Shown here piece by piece: positions 38,231-50,858 of a DNA stretch of 64,000 nucleotides. Source of the DNA: Oopsacas minuta (lineage: Eukaryota > Animalia > Porifera). The stretch's first letter is position 1, and each line of letters opens with the position of its first letter. Below the pieces are notes generated by a model. That model worked only from the letters and a program-made list of their open reading frames with translations, ran no database searches and was not told the DNA's origin. The stretch spans positions 3,166 to 67,165 of the forward strand of contig JAKMXF010000035.1 of assembly GCA_024704765.1 (NCBI GenBank), given 5' to 3'. The translations under genes and the position numbers were made by a program.

Positions 38231-40459
38231 TTCCCCACGGATTTGTCTAGGAAAATTCCGATTGAATTTAGGTCCGAAAAGCCTCTCAATTAAATTCTTA
38301 ACATTTTCATATGTTTCCCGTAATATCTCGTATGCTTTAATTGCAGTATCAACAACATTGACTGCAGAAGTATATGCATCTATAAATGGTTGTACAATCT
38401 CCAGGAGCGGAGCTAGTGGTTCGATAAACTTGTCAAATGCAGCTTTCAGGTCGGAATATGCTTTCATTCGTAAAAGTGTTACGTTGACTCCTGTAGCTTG
38501 CTCGAATGACGAAAGATTTCTGATTTCTGAGAACTCTTTAGCCTCTTGGAGGATAAGATCTTTGGTTTCTATCGTAGTATTGTATATTTCCTTCAATCTA
38601 TTTACTAAATCCATCCATCCCCTCACATGTGCTCCTTCAAATTTTGCTGCATTCACTATTATATCTTTACAATCAATAACTGCGTTGAATGCAGATCTCA
38701 ATTGAGCGATTGCCACTATAACATCTCTTATGGATATAATAGGATTTCTAAAGAAGTGTTCAATCGAATCTCCAATTGTAGAAATTGCTGATTTTATTGT
38801 GTCCCCTACCCAAGGCAGTGTAACAGTGACACAATCTGAGATCTCTTGATAGAACATCAATACGTCACTACGTACATCGTTATAGAGTGATTTGATGTCA
38901 TCTATCAGCATTAATCCTTTCTGTATGAAAGGTAATTGTTGGAGTTGTTCCAAGATTCGACGTAGAGTTGGCGATACCACCAGATCTTGAATAATAAATG
39001 GCAATTCTTGAACAGCTTGCACCAATGTGTCAAATATATACTTAACATCAATATTTACTCCCAATACTTCTCTAAAACTTGTGATTGCCTCTTTTATCGA
39101 TGAAACAACAGCACCGATCGTTTCGTCATAAATATTGGCCAGATCACTAAATGAATTTATCCCTAATTCTTGGAGGATATTGAGATTGTACTCTATATAA
39201 CCTTTGAAGCAAATTCTAGCACGAAACACATCAAAGGTTACACCCTAGATAGCCAAGGTTAGCAACGAAATATGCTTCGTCATGAATATCAGCTTCAAAT
39301 CTCCCATTCAATGGTTGTATATTGAGGTCCATTATGTTTCGTATAATAATGCCTAGAGAAGCTCCGAAATCAGAACTTCCAATAGTCTTCTTCCAGTCGA
39401 AACTAGGCGTCTGTAGATGGAAAGAGAGAGCATCAAATATACTGAATCTCCTTACTCTACGTCTACTGGCTCCTGCTGGAGACTGCTGAGCTTGTGTGTA
39501 GTTATAGAAATCAGATAAGATGTCTGCCATAGAGTCTGCTCTAGGATGTAGTTGATATTGGAGAGTAGCTTCATAACGGACTACTTCTGCTTTATCCACC
39601 AATGCTGCTGATAGTATCGTGTCTGCTGCCTGAATAAAGAGAAATAAAATAAATGTACGCGTAACATAAATTCTGCAAATAAATTGAATTATTGTAAATA
39701 TTTGTGTCAACATTATCAAATAGTCCGGTATAACACCTACGATGAGAATACTGTGTTTAGTATCTGTGTTTAATAACATATATAAAATATATAATGGTGA
39801 ACACAGAATAGTATTGAATGTAAATATCTGCTCTGATGAATGACGTAATTTTGAAACATTAAATATTCCACCAACACTGTTTGTGATTAGAGTTACACTG
39901 GTAATATTTCCTCATTCAATACTCAACATGTGTCCTAACATACTCATTTAACTAAGGTAACATGACACAAACAGTGAATCTCGTTAACACGAACACGGTT
40001 ATTACCTATTTCGGACAAGACTGAACGAATAATTACACAAAGTCAGCAAGTCCCAGAAATAATTATCCAATTGGAATTACTCTGGTGAATATGAACTCGG
40101 GTCTCAAGCATATATTGACTACCGTTACTGTTCGCATTAACAACGTTCCCCTGTATTATTATTACATCTCATAAATATTTGATAATTCATCTAGAAACTC
40201 AGTTTACAAAGAGTGTACCTACCTCATCAGTTATAAATCCTCTCAGTGAATGCACAGCTGATCTCCTCAGTAGAGAGGGAGCATGTTCAGACTCTACGAA
40301 ACTCTTAAGAACATTAAAGCTATCCTCATGACCTGCATTACCCAGTGAGTGAATCAAACTGGATTGTCTCATTTCACTAATACTATTTCCAGATACTTTA
40401 CGTGACTTCACTTTATTGGCCCGTTTGTATCTGTAATGAATTTAGCATTGTAAATACAC

Positions 40460-40783
40460 TATAAAGATAAAACAAAGTGTGTATGTGTGTCCGCGCGTTT
40501 TCTCAGAGATGCCTGGGCCAATTCGAACCAAATTTTGTGGTCTGACTAAATAGTACTAAACCTTTCCAAATATGAATTATTTTTCGAATCGAACCATTTT
40601 TGGACAAGATAAGTGAATTTTCACAGGAATCTGATTGGTCAGCGTTGGCCAGTCAGATTCCTTCCTTCGTACAATACACGTAGCGTTCGCAATCTCCAAA
40701 ACAATCGTGAGGGCCGAAGGCCCGAAAAAGCATTCCAAAGGCACTAGCAGAAAAAGCCGCCCAAAGGACGGCGTAGCAGCTAA
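40460..40783 (+). mobile_element. Non-autonomous Helitron-like element, copy 3
   Basis: Same blocks without the internal insert; gccg..cggc hairpin then CTAA|T. Confidence 0.65.
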
Positions 40784-42420
40784 TACACTATAGAATATAG
40801 ATACAGTCGAAATTGAGTTATTGTTTTGGTTTTATAGAGGTATTTGTTTCTCTGAGGATAACCAATTAGTAATCTGTCCTACATATTTTGTTTAATAGTA
40901 TAAAGTCGATTATTATAATCAATAAAATATTCCCATAAGATTTGTATTAAATACATTTCGCTTAAGATGAAGTCTCAAATTATGAACACATCTTTGGTCA
41001 GGTAGGGGTTCAGGACAAGCGGCCCTTAGTCCATGACTGCATATTAGCATTTTTCAAGACATTGGAATCATGGGTGTAGCACAGTAGCAGCATAATCATT
41101 TTTCCCTGGAAGAGATTTGGAAGGGTAACTTGTCAAATACGTTCAGTTTTCAACTAATCTGTAGTATATAAATCAATAGTTTTGGAACTCAACCCCAAAG
41201 CAATTATCAGCAACCTAAGCAGCAACCACACTGGTACTAGCTACGCTTCTAGCCCCAGGCACATTCCCTGACGCTACGCGCATGATTGGAAATATTACTT
41301 TCTATAATTAGCAAGTAATAAAGATGCATACTTCATGTTAATGGCCAATTAGTGTATCTTAGCTATCAGTTAATCTTGTCTGTCAGTTATTTTGTATAAC
41401 GAGTCTTTGTCCATAGTATATTTGTCGCTTGACAGTGTAAACAAATGGACAAATAACTCAATTTCATAGAGACTCGCGTATAAAAACAAGTCGAATACAA
41501 CGAAAGGAAACAGGGCTGAGCGTTCTAACGGGAATTCAGCATATACTAGAATCCTACCTAACATGATCATGAGGTAGTGTCATCCTATGTAGCTTAGATA
41601 GAATACGTTGAGACAGGAGAGGATCTGAGTCTCTGAGATTAGCACTCATAGAACCTAGAGCTAGTACAGCCATATTGGACAGGGTAAGGTTACGGAGCTG
41701 TCTAGGGAATGATCTGGGATGGAAAGCTAATTGATCCATCATCTCTATAGAGTATAGAGAGGTCTTTTAAGTGTAGAGAGGTGAGGGAGTATTCCAAAAG
41801 CCATATCTCTCTCTATACAACTTGCGTTAAGGAATGATACCAGTGTGAACTCGCAAGGAGCTCTGCTACACATTCCTAATGCATCCATAACAGCCTCTAT
41901 ATGAGAGCGTCTTTTATTCAAGGGACATGAGAGATAGACAGCTGATAGCTGAGTAATATCCTGGTCATCCATCAGCTCTATTACATTAACTATCTTTCTT
42001 ATAGTTTTTACACATTCTACTGTACTAGTTGGATAACAGTTATGTGTTTGGGATAGATTTGATCGGATCTGTAGAGGAAAGAATAGAAATAGTAAATAGC
42101 GTTATGGAAATTTCTGCTTTTCTAACCAGATACCAAGGCTGCTATATCAGGGCTATAGCCATCAAAATACAACAGGTCCGGTTGAATACAGCACAAGCAA
42201 GACAAAGTGGTCAAGTCAACCTGTACATCTGGACCTGTTGGTGAAATCTTTGAAAATTTGATAGTAGAGTTGGTCAGGTTTCAACCTGACCAACCAGCAC
42301 GATGGCTACGGCCCTGATATTTTGTATAAAAGTGTGACTCTAGTCAGGGCTATAATTCTAAGTCAATGATATTATTAAATATTCTTCCAGAGGTGTGTTA
42401 AAAGTATACCCAGGATGCCA

Positions 42421-42570
42421 GAAGGAGCTAAATCGATCTCAGATAGTAGTACGTGTTGAGATCAGGTCAATAGTAGGTCGGAATATAATCATACGTATGT
42501 TGCAAAGAAATACAAGATAAAGCTTGTTAGTAAGAGCTTCTACATTCCTATGCTCGAGACTGGTGAAATA
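42421..42570 (+). repeat. Interspersed repeat also at ~59990-60110
   Basis: Shared aggtcggaatataatcatacgtatgt.gcaaagaaatacaag...taagagc...tatgctcg.gactgg. Confidence 0.75.
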
Positions 42571-43941
42571 CCGTTAATTAACAATTAGGTGAAACCCAAC
42601 CATAAACTGAGCAACCTGGCCAGTGGCTACGCTCCTGTATATGCAAGGTGCCAAGCTAACTGTATTTGCTACTTCTAAATATTCCAGTAAACCATTTAGT
42701 GAAGTGAATCATAGGCTCGTGGTTGCTGGGAGATCTGTATATAACAATCGCGGTATCTTACTTAGAAAATCTATCAACTTTTGAACTATTTGAAGAGTTG
42801 TTGTATAATATCCACATTCTAACCAGTAATAGAATTATCTAAACATTCAAGTTATCTCTTTGTATTACACAGAAATCCAGTTGTTAATTAACTCTGTTAA
42901 CAGAATTTCTCCCAACCGAAATTCGCCGATCATATGAACATGCTAGATATAAGCACAATTCTCTGCAAAATGATTCTCATAGTATATTACTGTATATTTA
43001 TGCAGGTTATAAGAACTGTATTGCTACTCCTAAGTGAGTTCTTATAACCGGCATCCACTGTACTCAGTCGATTGCTAGTACCTGAGCTATAGCAGTTGTG
43101 TATGTGACAGGATCATCCACTACTCTCTGAGCTATAATACTATCTAAGATAAGATTAGAAGGTTCCTGAAATGATATAGTATCAATGCTATACTTTGCTA
43201 TCAGATTAATATGAGATAGACCAGTAGCCTTTATTGGAGGAGGCTTATCTACCGAAGGAGATTCCATCGGAGGGGAGCGAGTAATCTTTGCGGTATCTTC
43301 CACACGGACCAACTCTATGTGACCTAATCAGATGTTATACGTAAGTCATATCTGAAATGCCAACCAGAATACAATGCAATCTCTACAATAGTGGAAATTT
43401 TGATCCACACTCGTTCATTCTATAGAAACGAATATTTGAGCGGGAAATGGAGAATTGGAGATAACTTAAGATTAACAATAACTTCCAACATACAAATTAA
43501 CTTCTATAATTAGTGAATTATTCTTGAATTATCAATGTTTGTGCTAAATAGGTAAAATAATGTTATCTCTATTATTAATGGAAATCTTAGGATTTCTGAG
43601 AAAGTTTCTTATAAATTGTGATAAAAGCCATGGGTTGACACAGTTTGAGCCTGCGGGTCACATAGCATACTTGCCTACCCTGGACTATCCACAGATTTGA
43701 CTTATGATTCAGGGGAATTTGCTAAGCCAGAGAAAATATTGGAATATTTCTGGCGTTTTCTCATAAAAGAGGAAAAATTCATAAATGTATTAGAAAATAA
43801 ATTATAAAACCAGGGAATTCTAAAAATACCCATGGAAAATTGGAAATAGTTAGAAAGGGTTGGAAACGACCGACCACTGTTAACAGCCATATTGGTACCA
43901 TCTATGAATATATACCACTACAAGTATATACGTGGTACGTA

Positions 43942-44768
43942 CATCACCTGGCCAAAAGTATTGGAACACCCTGCCAGCAGGCCCTGGACAGGATTTGTGG
44001 GCCCCATAACAACTTTCAACTCGGGCCCCACATAGGCGTAAAATGCATGCAGCGGCAATACGTAAGTTGTACATAAAAAACACAAAATAATGAAATTCAA
44101 AATGATTGAAATGATAAATAGTATGAATATTTATCTGATATGATTTAGAAAATTATCTTTAAGATAACGATAAAATAAAAAAGTAGAAAGTAATCATCAA
44201 GAAGAAGAAATAAATCAATATTTGGCATTTCGCATGAAATGTAAGGAATTAAAATCAAATTTTTAGGCTTTCATATTTTTTATGTAAGAAAGCTTGGATG
44301 TTTTGTATCTGTACATTTGATAAGATAGAACATTCAACAAATGAGCTCTGAACATAAGGGAATTTTAGATCTTTTGTTTCAGATCTCAAAACATATAAGA
44401 AATCAGATCACGATACAGCGGCTTCCCGCATAATTGCCCTCCTTGCCTTTACGAGGCCCTCAAGAGGTTCTAACAAACCCACTTGCTTCTATCTTTTGAG
44501 TATAGTTTGTTACTTATCAGGGCCCCTACCGGGCCTTGCCTGCCACAATTGACACACAAAAGGCATACCACCTCAGTTTATCGGTTAAAGATGATTACTA
44601 ACAATTTTCAACAAAAATACATATTTCATAAACAAGAAATGATAACAACCTATTGTTCTATTTTCTGCTGTATTCATAGAATCTTTCAACGTATTATCGC
44701 CGTGTACCACTTGTCCAAAGTATTGGATCACTGTGGCACAGTGTTCCGATACTTTTGGCCAGGCAGTG
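43942..44768. mobile_element. Non-autonomous Tc1/mariner-like element
   Basis: TA-flanked ~28-bp TIRs CATCACCTGGCCAAAAGTATTGGAACAC / GTGTTCCGATACTTTTGGCCAGGCAGTG; no transposase ORF. Confidence 0.85.
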
Positions 44769-47639
44769 TAATTGAAAAGCAATATTAAGAAATGAATATA
44801 GAATGTAGATCAGTTACGTATAATATAATCTAATAAGATAAATGGTTAGAATTCATTTATCATGAATGCTAGAGGTTACCTGTTTCTTTAACAATTTGTA
44901 TTTCTTTGTTATGAATATGATTATTTTCTATATCTTTCTTGATTTTCTTGTAAGTAACCATTCTTCCATCTTCCTTCACGTCATAACTACACAGAAATTC
45001 ATTTTTACAACGAAACACACCTAGCTCAATTTGTATAAGTAAATTACAACCTCTGAGATCCGTCCCGGCAGTCTCGTGCGGATCTCATAAATAACAATAA
45101 CTCTATGGAAGTTCCAATTTGCATATATGTAATATAATAAAATCTCAAATCACCGTCCGTGCCACCTAAAATTTTACTAATTATTCTACTAAATATCCAC
45201 TTTAGCAAAGAAATATAAAATTGAATTTTACTAATCTTAGAATTATGAAAAGTGTCAAAATCGTATTATACGTCTCTGATTACTCTATTTAACGAGTGGA
45301 AGCTAGTCTCTAGGATGATTGTTGAAATGTTCACCAAAAGTTGTGAAAATATGATTAATCGTATGAGAAATCAGTTTATATATATTATATTAACCAATAG
45401 AATTACAGTCTACATCAATAAAATACACTACAGAGCAAATTTAATTACAAACATTCCATCAGAACTAATTTTATGCATTTATGACTAATAGTGAAACCAT
45501 ACAATCTGATTGGGCTAAAATACAGAGGTTTCTAAAGATGTGAAAAGATATACACTAGAAAAATATCAAATGTCAGGTGTACAACTAGATGTCACTACGA
45601 GTATACATACCAAATTTGGTGTCTTAATCTCTAAAGGTGTGAACAGCTGAGTGAAAACATATATACATACTAAGTCAACCATTTTAGAACTGAGCTACTA
45701 TACAGGGCCGTTGGAACAGATGCGGCAGGTGCGGTAATTCAGAATTACACAAATACAATGTACCTCGCCGTCCAATAATATTTGGCTTCCTGCGGTCCTG
45801 CTATGCTATTTAATAGCAGTAACAACTCAGTTAAAAGTAATTTAGCTGCAAATGGCCAATTGAATTGCAATTCTTTTGGGAAAATGGTGCTCTGATCTTG
45901 GAGGTTCGACTGTAGTTCCAAAATTCAAACGAAACAAGAGCTACTTTAGTAGAACTCAGATATGACGAACACTCGGATAATGCGTACTACTCCAATCAAA
46001 CCAAATATTAGTTCCCATTCATTTTAACACAATCGGGATCTGGATAAGACCTACAATAGGATAGTACCTATATTAATTGGATGTTTCCCGAAGCTTTCCT
46101 TATCAGAGTTCTATAGTATAGAATGTATAGTATACGAGTACTTTAGTTCGTCACTTGATAAATTCGTTGTTTTCTACCTTGAAATATAATTGATTTTCTT
46201 AAGGCCATATAAAATAATACACTTGTTTATCATCCCCACCCGCCCCATTTAATCTCCCTCCTCGGCAATTTTTTGTATTTTCATACATATCTTTATTTAA
46301 TATAAAAATATTCGGAGATGAGCATCTTTGAAACAAGCTGATTATTCAACACTAGCGCCTTTCGCTTGCTAGGTTGCTGAACAGTGTGGCTAATCATGTA
46401 ATTTTTGAAAATCCAAAAAAGTGGCAATGGCATCATAATTTCGTTAGGTGTGAATTTTCGTCCAAAACTCAAACCTGTCCTAGTCAGGCCCGAATACCCC
46501 TCTCTGTATGGCAAAAATCAACCCTGGGGTGTCTTACTAAATTTTTATTATTGCTATTTTTATCATTATTATTTAATTGTACAATAATTCAGATTATAGA
46601 GAGGAAGTGAATATCAGTTCTCCCAAATATAGTGTAAGTTTTAAATGAACACCAACGGACCGTACGGTTAAATTTTATTCACCTTTCCGGAGTTCATAAA
46701 CCGGAGTAATATCCATAGAAGTAAGGTTGTAGGGACTTGATTATGTACGAATCTTGTTCGTCTTATCAGAATTCGTATTAACGTATAGTTTAAATAAATC
46801 AGTAAAATTACGCTAAGCAAAAAATAAAAATAAAATGCAGCCCCCTCGCCCCTATTTCGCAGAAAAAAATGGATGAGAAACAAGCAAAATATTTTACATG
46901 GCCTAATGGAGAATATGCGAAATTCCGATTCCAAAAATGCAGCCAGTTCAGAAGAAAACCGACAGCCTTGTGTAGATGGCTGTTAAGCACCTTAGAATCT
47001 ATTAAATTTAAAGGTTGTTTAGAAATGGTATCACTTCTGACCGCTAAATCATAACAGGCCTAATGTAATACAAACCTTCAGAAAATATTCTAAAACTTTC
47101 AAAACTACATAATTGTATCCACTTCAACTACGGACAAATACATAATTCTATATTACACATGATGGCAGTCTTTTCATTGTTTCTACAACCTTCTATCAAA
47201 TGTACTCCTATAGTATTGTTTCAATTCATCTCACTAATCCGAACGAATTATTTTCAAATGTAAAAGTACTGTTCGGATCAAAGAGGGTGTACTGTAATTC
47301 GTTGTTCCTCCGTCTATCTAGTATTTTGTTCCTATTAAAACATTTGATGCAATAATTCGAAAATCAAGAGGTAAGAAGTGATGTACTCGTAGCATCTAAT
47401 TGTTGATCCCGTAATAAGTGCAGGTATAGCTTAGAGTAATAGGATGCTATCCAAGAATAGAATCTGAGTACACAAGATATTGTATTACTTTTACTGTAAT
47501 TAATCTAACGTAATAGTAATTACATAACATATCTCCAAGTTACTGCATGATTAGAAGAATGGGTAATATGCACTAGTTTGTAAGGGATACAGTCAAAACA
47601 CTGAGTCTGTATTACGCACGTGGATAATTCAATATAACT

Positions 47640-48457
47640 CATGGCAGATATTACTAAAACACGCGAAGAAATCTGTGATACCAAAAATTCCTCCCATTAG
47701 AAAAGTATCAAGTAAATTTCGTTCTCATACAACGACATAGTTTAGGCTATCATGGCATCAGAAGCATATCCATAGATAAAACCTTAAACTTATTCATTAC
47801 AGTCTCAATCGGCGGGATTATTCATGTTTGTAACAATAATGGAGAATATCTTTATCATTTTGGGAGTAAATCTCAGTTAACAAGGTTCGATAACCTTTGG
47901 TATAGTTATATATATGATCTGTTGTTCTACGTCACAGACTACAGTACAAGAGGGTATCAGTCTGTACACTAGAAGGTGATATTATCACTAGTTTTAATCA
48001 TTTCGGGAAATACAACTTCGAACGACCAAATGGTCTATTTTTAGATGAGAGAGAAGATTTGTATATTTGTGATACTAAGAAGAGAGTTGTATTAGGCACT
48101 AATGACTGTGTTTGTATAAAGACAATAGGGAAAGGACATCTATCATGTCCACATAGTGTCAAAGTATACGACAACACTCTCTTTATACTGGATAGATTGA
48201 AAATAGCAATGTTCTTATTAAATGGAGAATATCAAGGATGTATTGACTTGGATGTGTCATTATCTGCTTTTTATTTCGAGATTGGAGAGGATAGAGAAAT
48301 ATTTATCTACGATAACATCCAAGGTAATATTCATCTATTGGATTCAAATGGTACATTCATATGGTCAACGAACTCTGGAAAGAAAGATAAGAAAATTCTA
48401 CCTTGTATAGTCAAACAGTCAAAGACTCAGATAATAGTCGTCCGCGCATATTGGTAG
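47640..48457 (+). pseudogene. Degenerate NHL gene nested antisense in intron 3 of the giant gene
   Basis: GYHGIRSISIDKTLNLFIT..IHVCNNNGEYLYHFG, frameshift ~47960, then FERPNGLFLDEREDLYICDTKKRVV..KTIGKGHLSCPHSVKVYDNTLFILD (ORF 48059-48457). The 5' boundary is uncertain. Confidence 0.7.
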
Positions 48458-50587
48458 ATGAAAGGTGGATTTGAATTATACGCAATAAGGTAATTAGTAG
48501 CTATAAGATACTAAACAGAGACCATGCTATTTCCATGCTATTTCCTGCTATTTTCCATGCTATTTTCCATGCTATTTTCCATGCATATGTAATAATGATG
48601 CTCTGGTATATTTCTTTATTGATAAATAATAATTAATTCAATATTACTTCAATCAATGATATGTATAATGTATAATTGCCTAACTGTACACTTCCCAAAC
48701 TTTACCAATTCTAACACATTCCCTGGACCCCTTCCCATAGGCTGCAATACAAATCTTGAGATCATGTGAAACCCTGCTCTCGTCTGTGATCACAAAGGGG
48801 TCCATGCACCCAGGTTTGGAACCACTGACCTAACTGATAAAGCAGCGGTTCCCAATCATTTTCACCCGTGTACCTCTATACAAATTTAACACGTTCTCTA
48901 GATTTATTCTAGGATACATCAGGTCATAATGGCCTTTATAAGAGGACTAACCTCTTTCTTCAACAGCTCGCTTTCCTCCAAACAAATCATCTACAAATCT
49001 GCTCCTATCACTACCAAATGCCACACTCTGGTCCTGTAGGTCACATTCACCCCCTGATCACAAATAGGACATTAAGGGGATGGTAATAGAAGTGTCAGCC
49101 ATTATAGTTTATTGTACAGGCCTTACTCATTATTTACAGCCTCATCTAGAACTTTGCCCACTAGATTGTATTTGTGACACCCCCAGAATTTAAAGCCACA
49201 GGAAGTTATTATAGTTATATCCAACTAGAAATTTATGGATTAGCCAATATGCGAATATTGGAGGAACTGGTATGGTACGAATACTATCACCAATTCCCGA
49301 TATTCAAATCAGGAGAATAATGGCTTAATATACATACCTAGAATTCTCATTGCATTAACTAACCTAGCTGAATGAGTTCCTGAATGATCCAAATCTGGTA
49401 CTCTGTAAGTCCATCCCCCGTATAACTTACTAGTTCCCTTCTTCCTGATATAGCTGTGTAAACGGAGAGAGAAAGAGCTTGCTACTGCCTTCTTCAATAG
49501 CAACACTTGTTTATGTTCATCAACTGGATAACTGACTTTACTATAGGAGACATGATATAGTACTTGTATAATATATATTACATTAGAAAACATGATTACA
49601 TAACTTGTTACTTTTGATCTAAGAAATTGAAAGAATCTGGAACATCGGAAGCAATTTAAAAGCGGTCAAATCAGCCCAAAGAGTTGTTAGTCAAGAGATA
49701 AGTGGTTGGACAATTGTCTGACCTGCCTGACCGGTTCGGCTGGCCTTGCTCTACGTATAATACTTCATTTGAAATAGTTATACTTGTATGAATCTCACAA
49801 TCATCAAGTATTGTATAATAGTTCTATAATGTTATCCTTTGCCATGAACAATTCGAGAACTACTGCTTTCATGAAAACTATTTATTGCTAGAATCAGCTT
49901 AATAAATACAGTGGAACATCGAGAATACCAACTGACAGCCAAAATTGTTCGCATTAACAGAAGTTCGTATTATCAGGAGTAATAGTGTAATGGGTATTAA
50001 CTGGTATTAACTGGTATTAACTGGTATTAACTGGTATTAACGATGTCTCATTGTAATGAATATACGGAATAAGTCTTCATTGGAAGTCACGTTTTAACCA
50101 ACTTAGCATAAAAACATAATATAATACTAGCTTTCCAAAGAAGTAGAGTTACCTTATTAGCCCGTCTTGTCGCTGATAGAAAGAGAACCACTGAGAGAGG
50201 TTCATCGCATGGTCTATAATCTCCTCACCATGCTCTCTGGCTTGTATGCTGAACAGACTTGAATTAGTGAGTCTAACATGTACAGAGGTACAGTTCAGAG
50301 CTCCTAATAATTCTTCTCTTATCGACAAGCCTTCGTCTTCTACACATTGACTCACTGCATAGCCGGAGAGGAAAACTGTTGCACTGAAGTGAAACGTGTC
50401 TACCTCCTTCAAGACTATCTAAGAAATCAAAAGAATATTATCATAACACAGTAAACTCTCGTGTTACAAAATACTCGGGATGGATGTTTTTTCTATCACT
50501 GAGACGTGCTAAAGATAGTCCGAATCTTCCAGCAGATTTCTGAAAAACGTAACACGGAAATACTTCAAGTGTTACATATACTAGAAC

Positions 50588-50858
50588 TATTCCCCAGATA
50601 CAGATATATATGTAGCTAACGTATTCCCCAGATACAGAATATATGTAGCTACCGTATTCCCCAGATACAGATATATTTGTAGCTAACATATTCCCCAGAT
50701 ACAGATATATATGTAGCTAACGTATTCCCCAGATACAGATATATATGTAGCTAACGTATTCCCCAGATACAGATATATATGTAGCTAACGTATTCCCCAG
50801 ATACAGACATATATGTAGCTAACGTATTCCCCAGATACAGACATATATGTAGTTACCG
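50588..50858 (+). repeat. 34-bp minisatellite, 8 units, in intron 1 of the giant gene
   Basis: Unit tattccccagatacagatatatatgtagctaacg. Confidence 0.95.

Noticed and set aside
43327-43419. Alternative stop-free frame NERVWIKISTIVEIALYSGWHFRYDLRITSD with a frameshift at ~43327
   Set aside because: It is incompatible with the phase-1 end of exon 3; the frame with three TGAs is phase-consistent and continuous with GHIELVRVED.
42601-43419. Non-standard genetic code (TAA/TAG=Gln) or selenocysteine explaining the stops
   Set aside because: Other genes here end at TAA/TAG/TGA, multi-kb exons contain no such codons, all three stop types occur together, and no SECIS could be identified by eye.
44880-45020. 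Phase 1/1 minus-strand segment (GVFRCKNEFLCSYDVKEDGRMVTYKK...NNHIH) that could be an extra exon of the giant gene
   Set aside because: Its C-x5-C-x23-H-x-H spacing fits a WRKY/FLYWCH-type finger of a Mutator-like element, and it abuts a repeat also seen at ~10993-11070. Exon 3 already joins exon 4 in phase. Not fully excluded without RNA data.
48525-50041. Short tandem repeats (catgctattttc x~5 at ~48525-48585; ctggtattaa x~5 at ~49992-50041)
   Set aside because: Ordinary slippage repeats with no further structure.
50588-50858. 34-bp repeats as a CRISPR-like array
   Set aside because: Head-to-tail units with no unique spacers, in a eukaryotic intron: a minisatellite.
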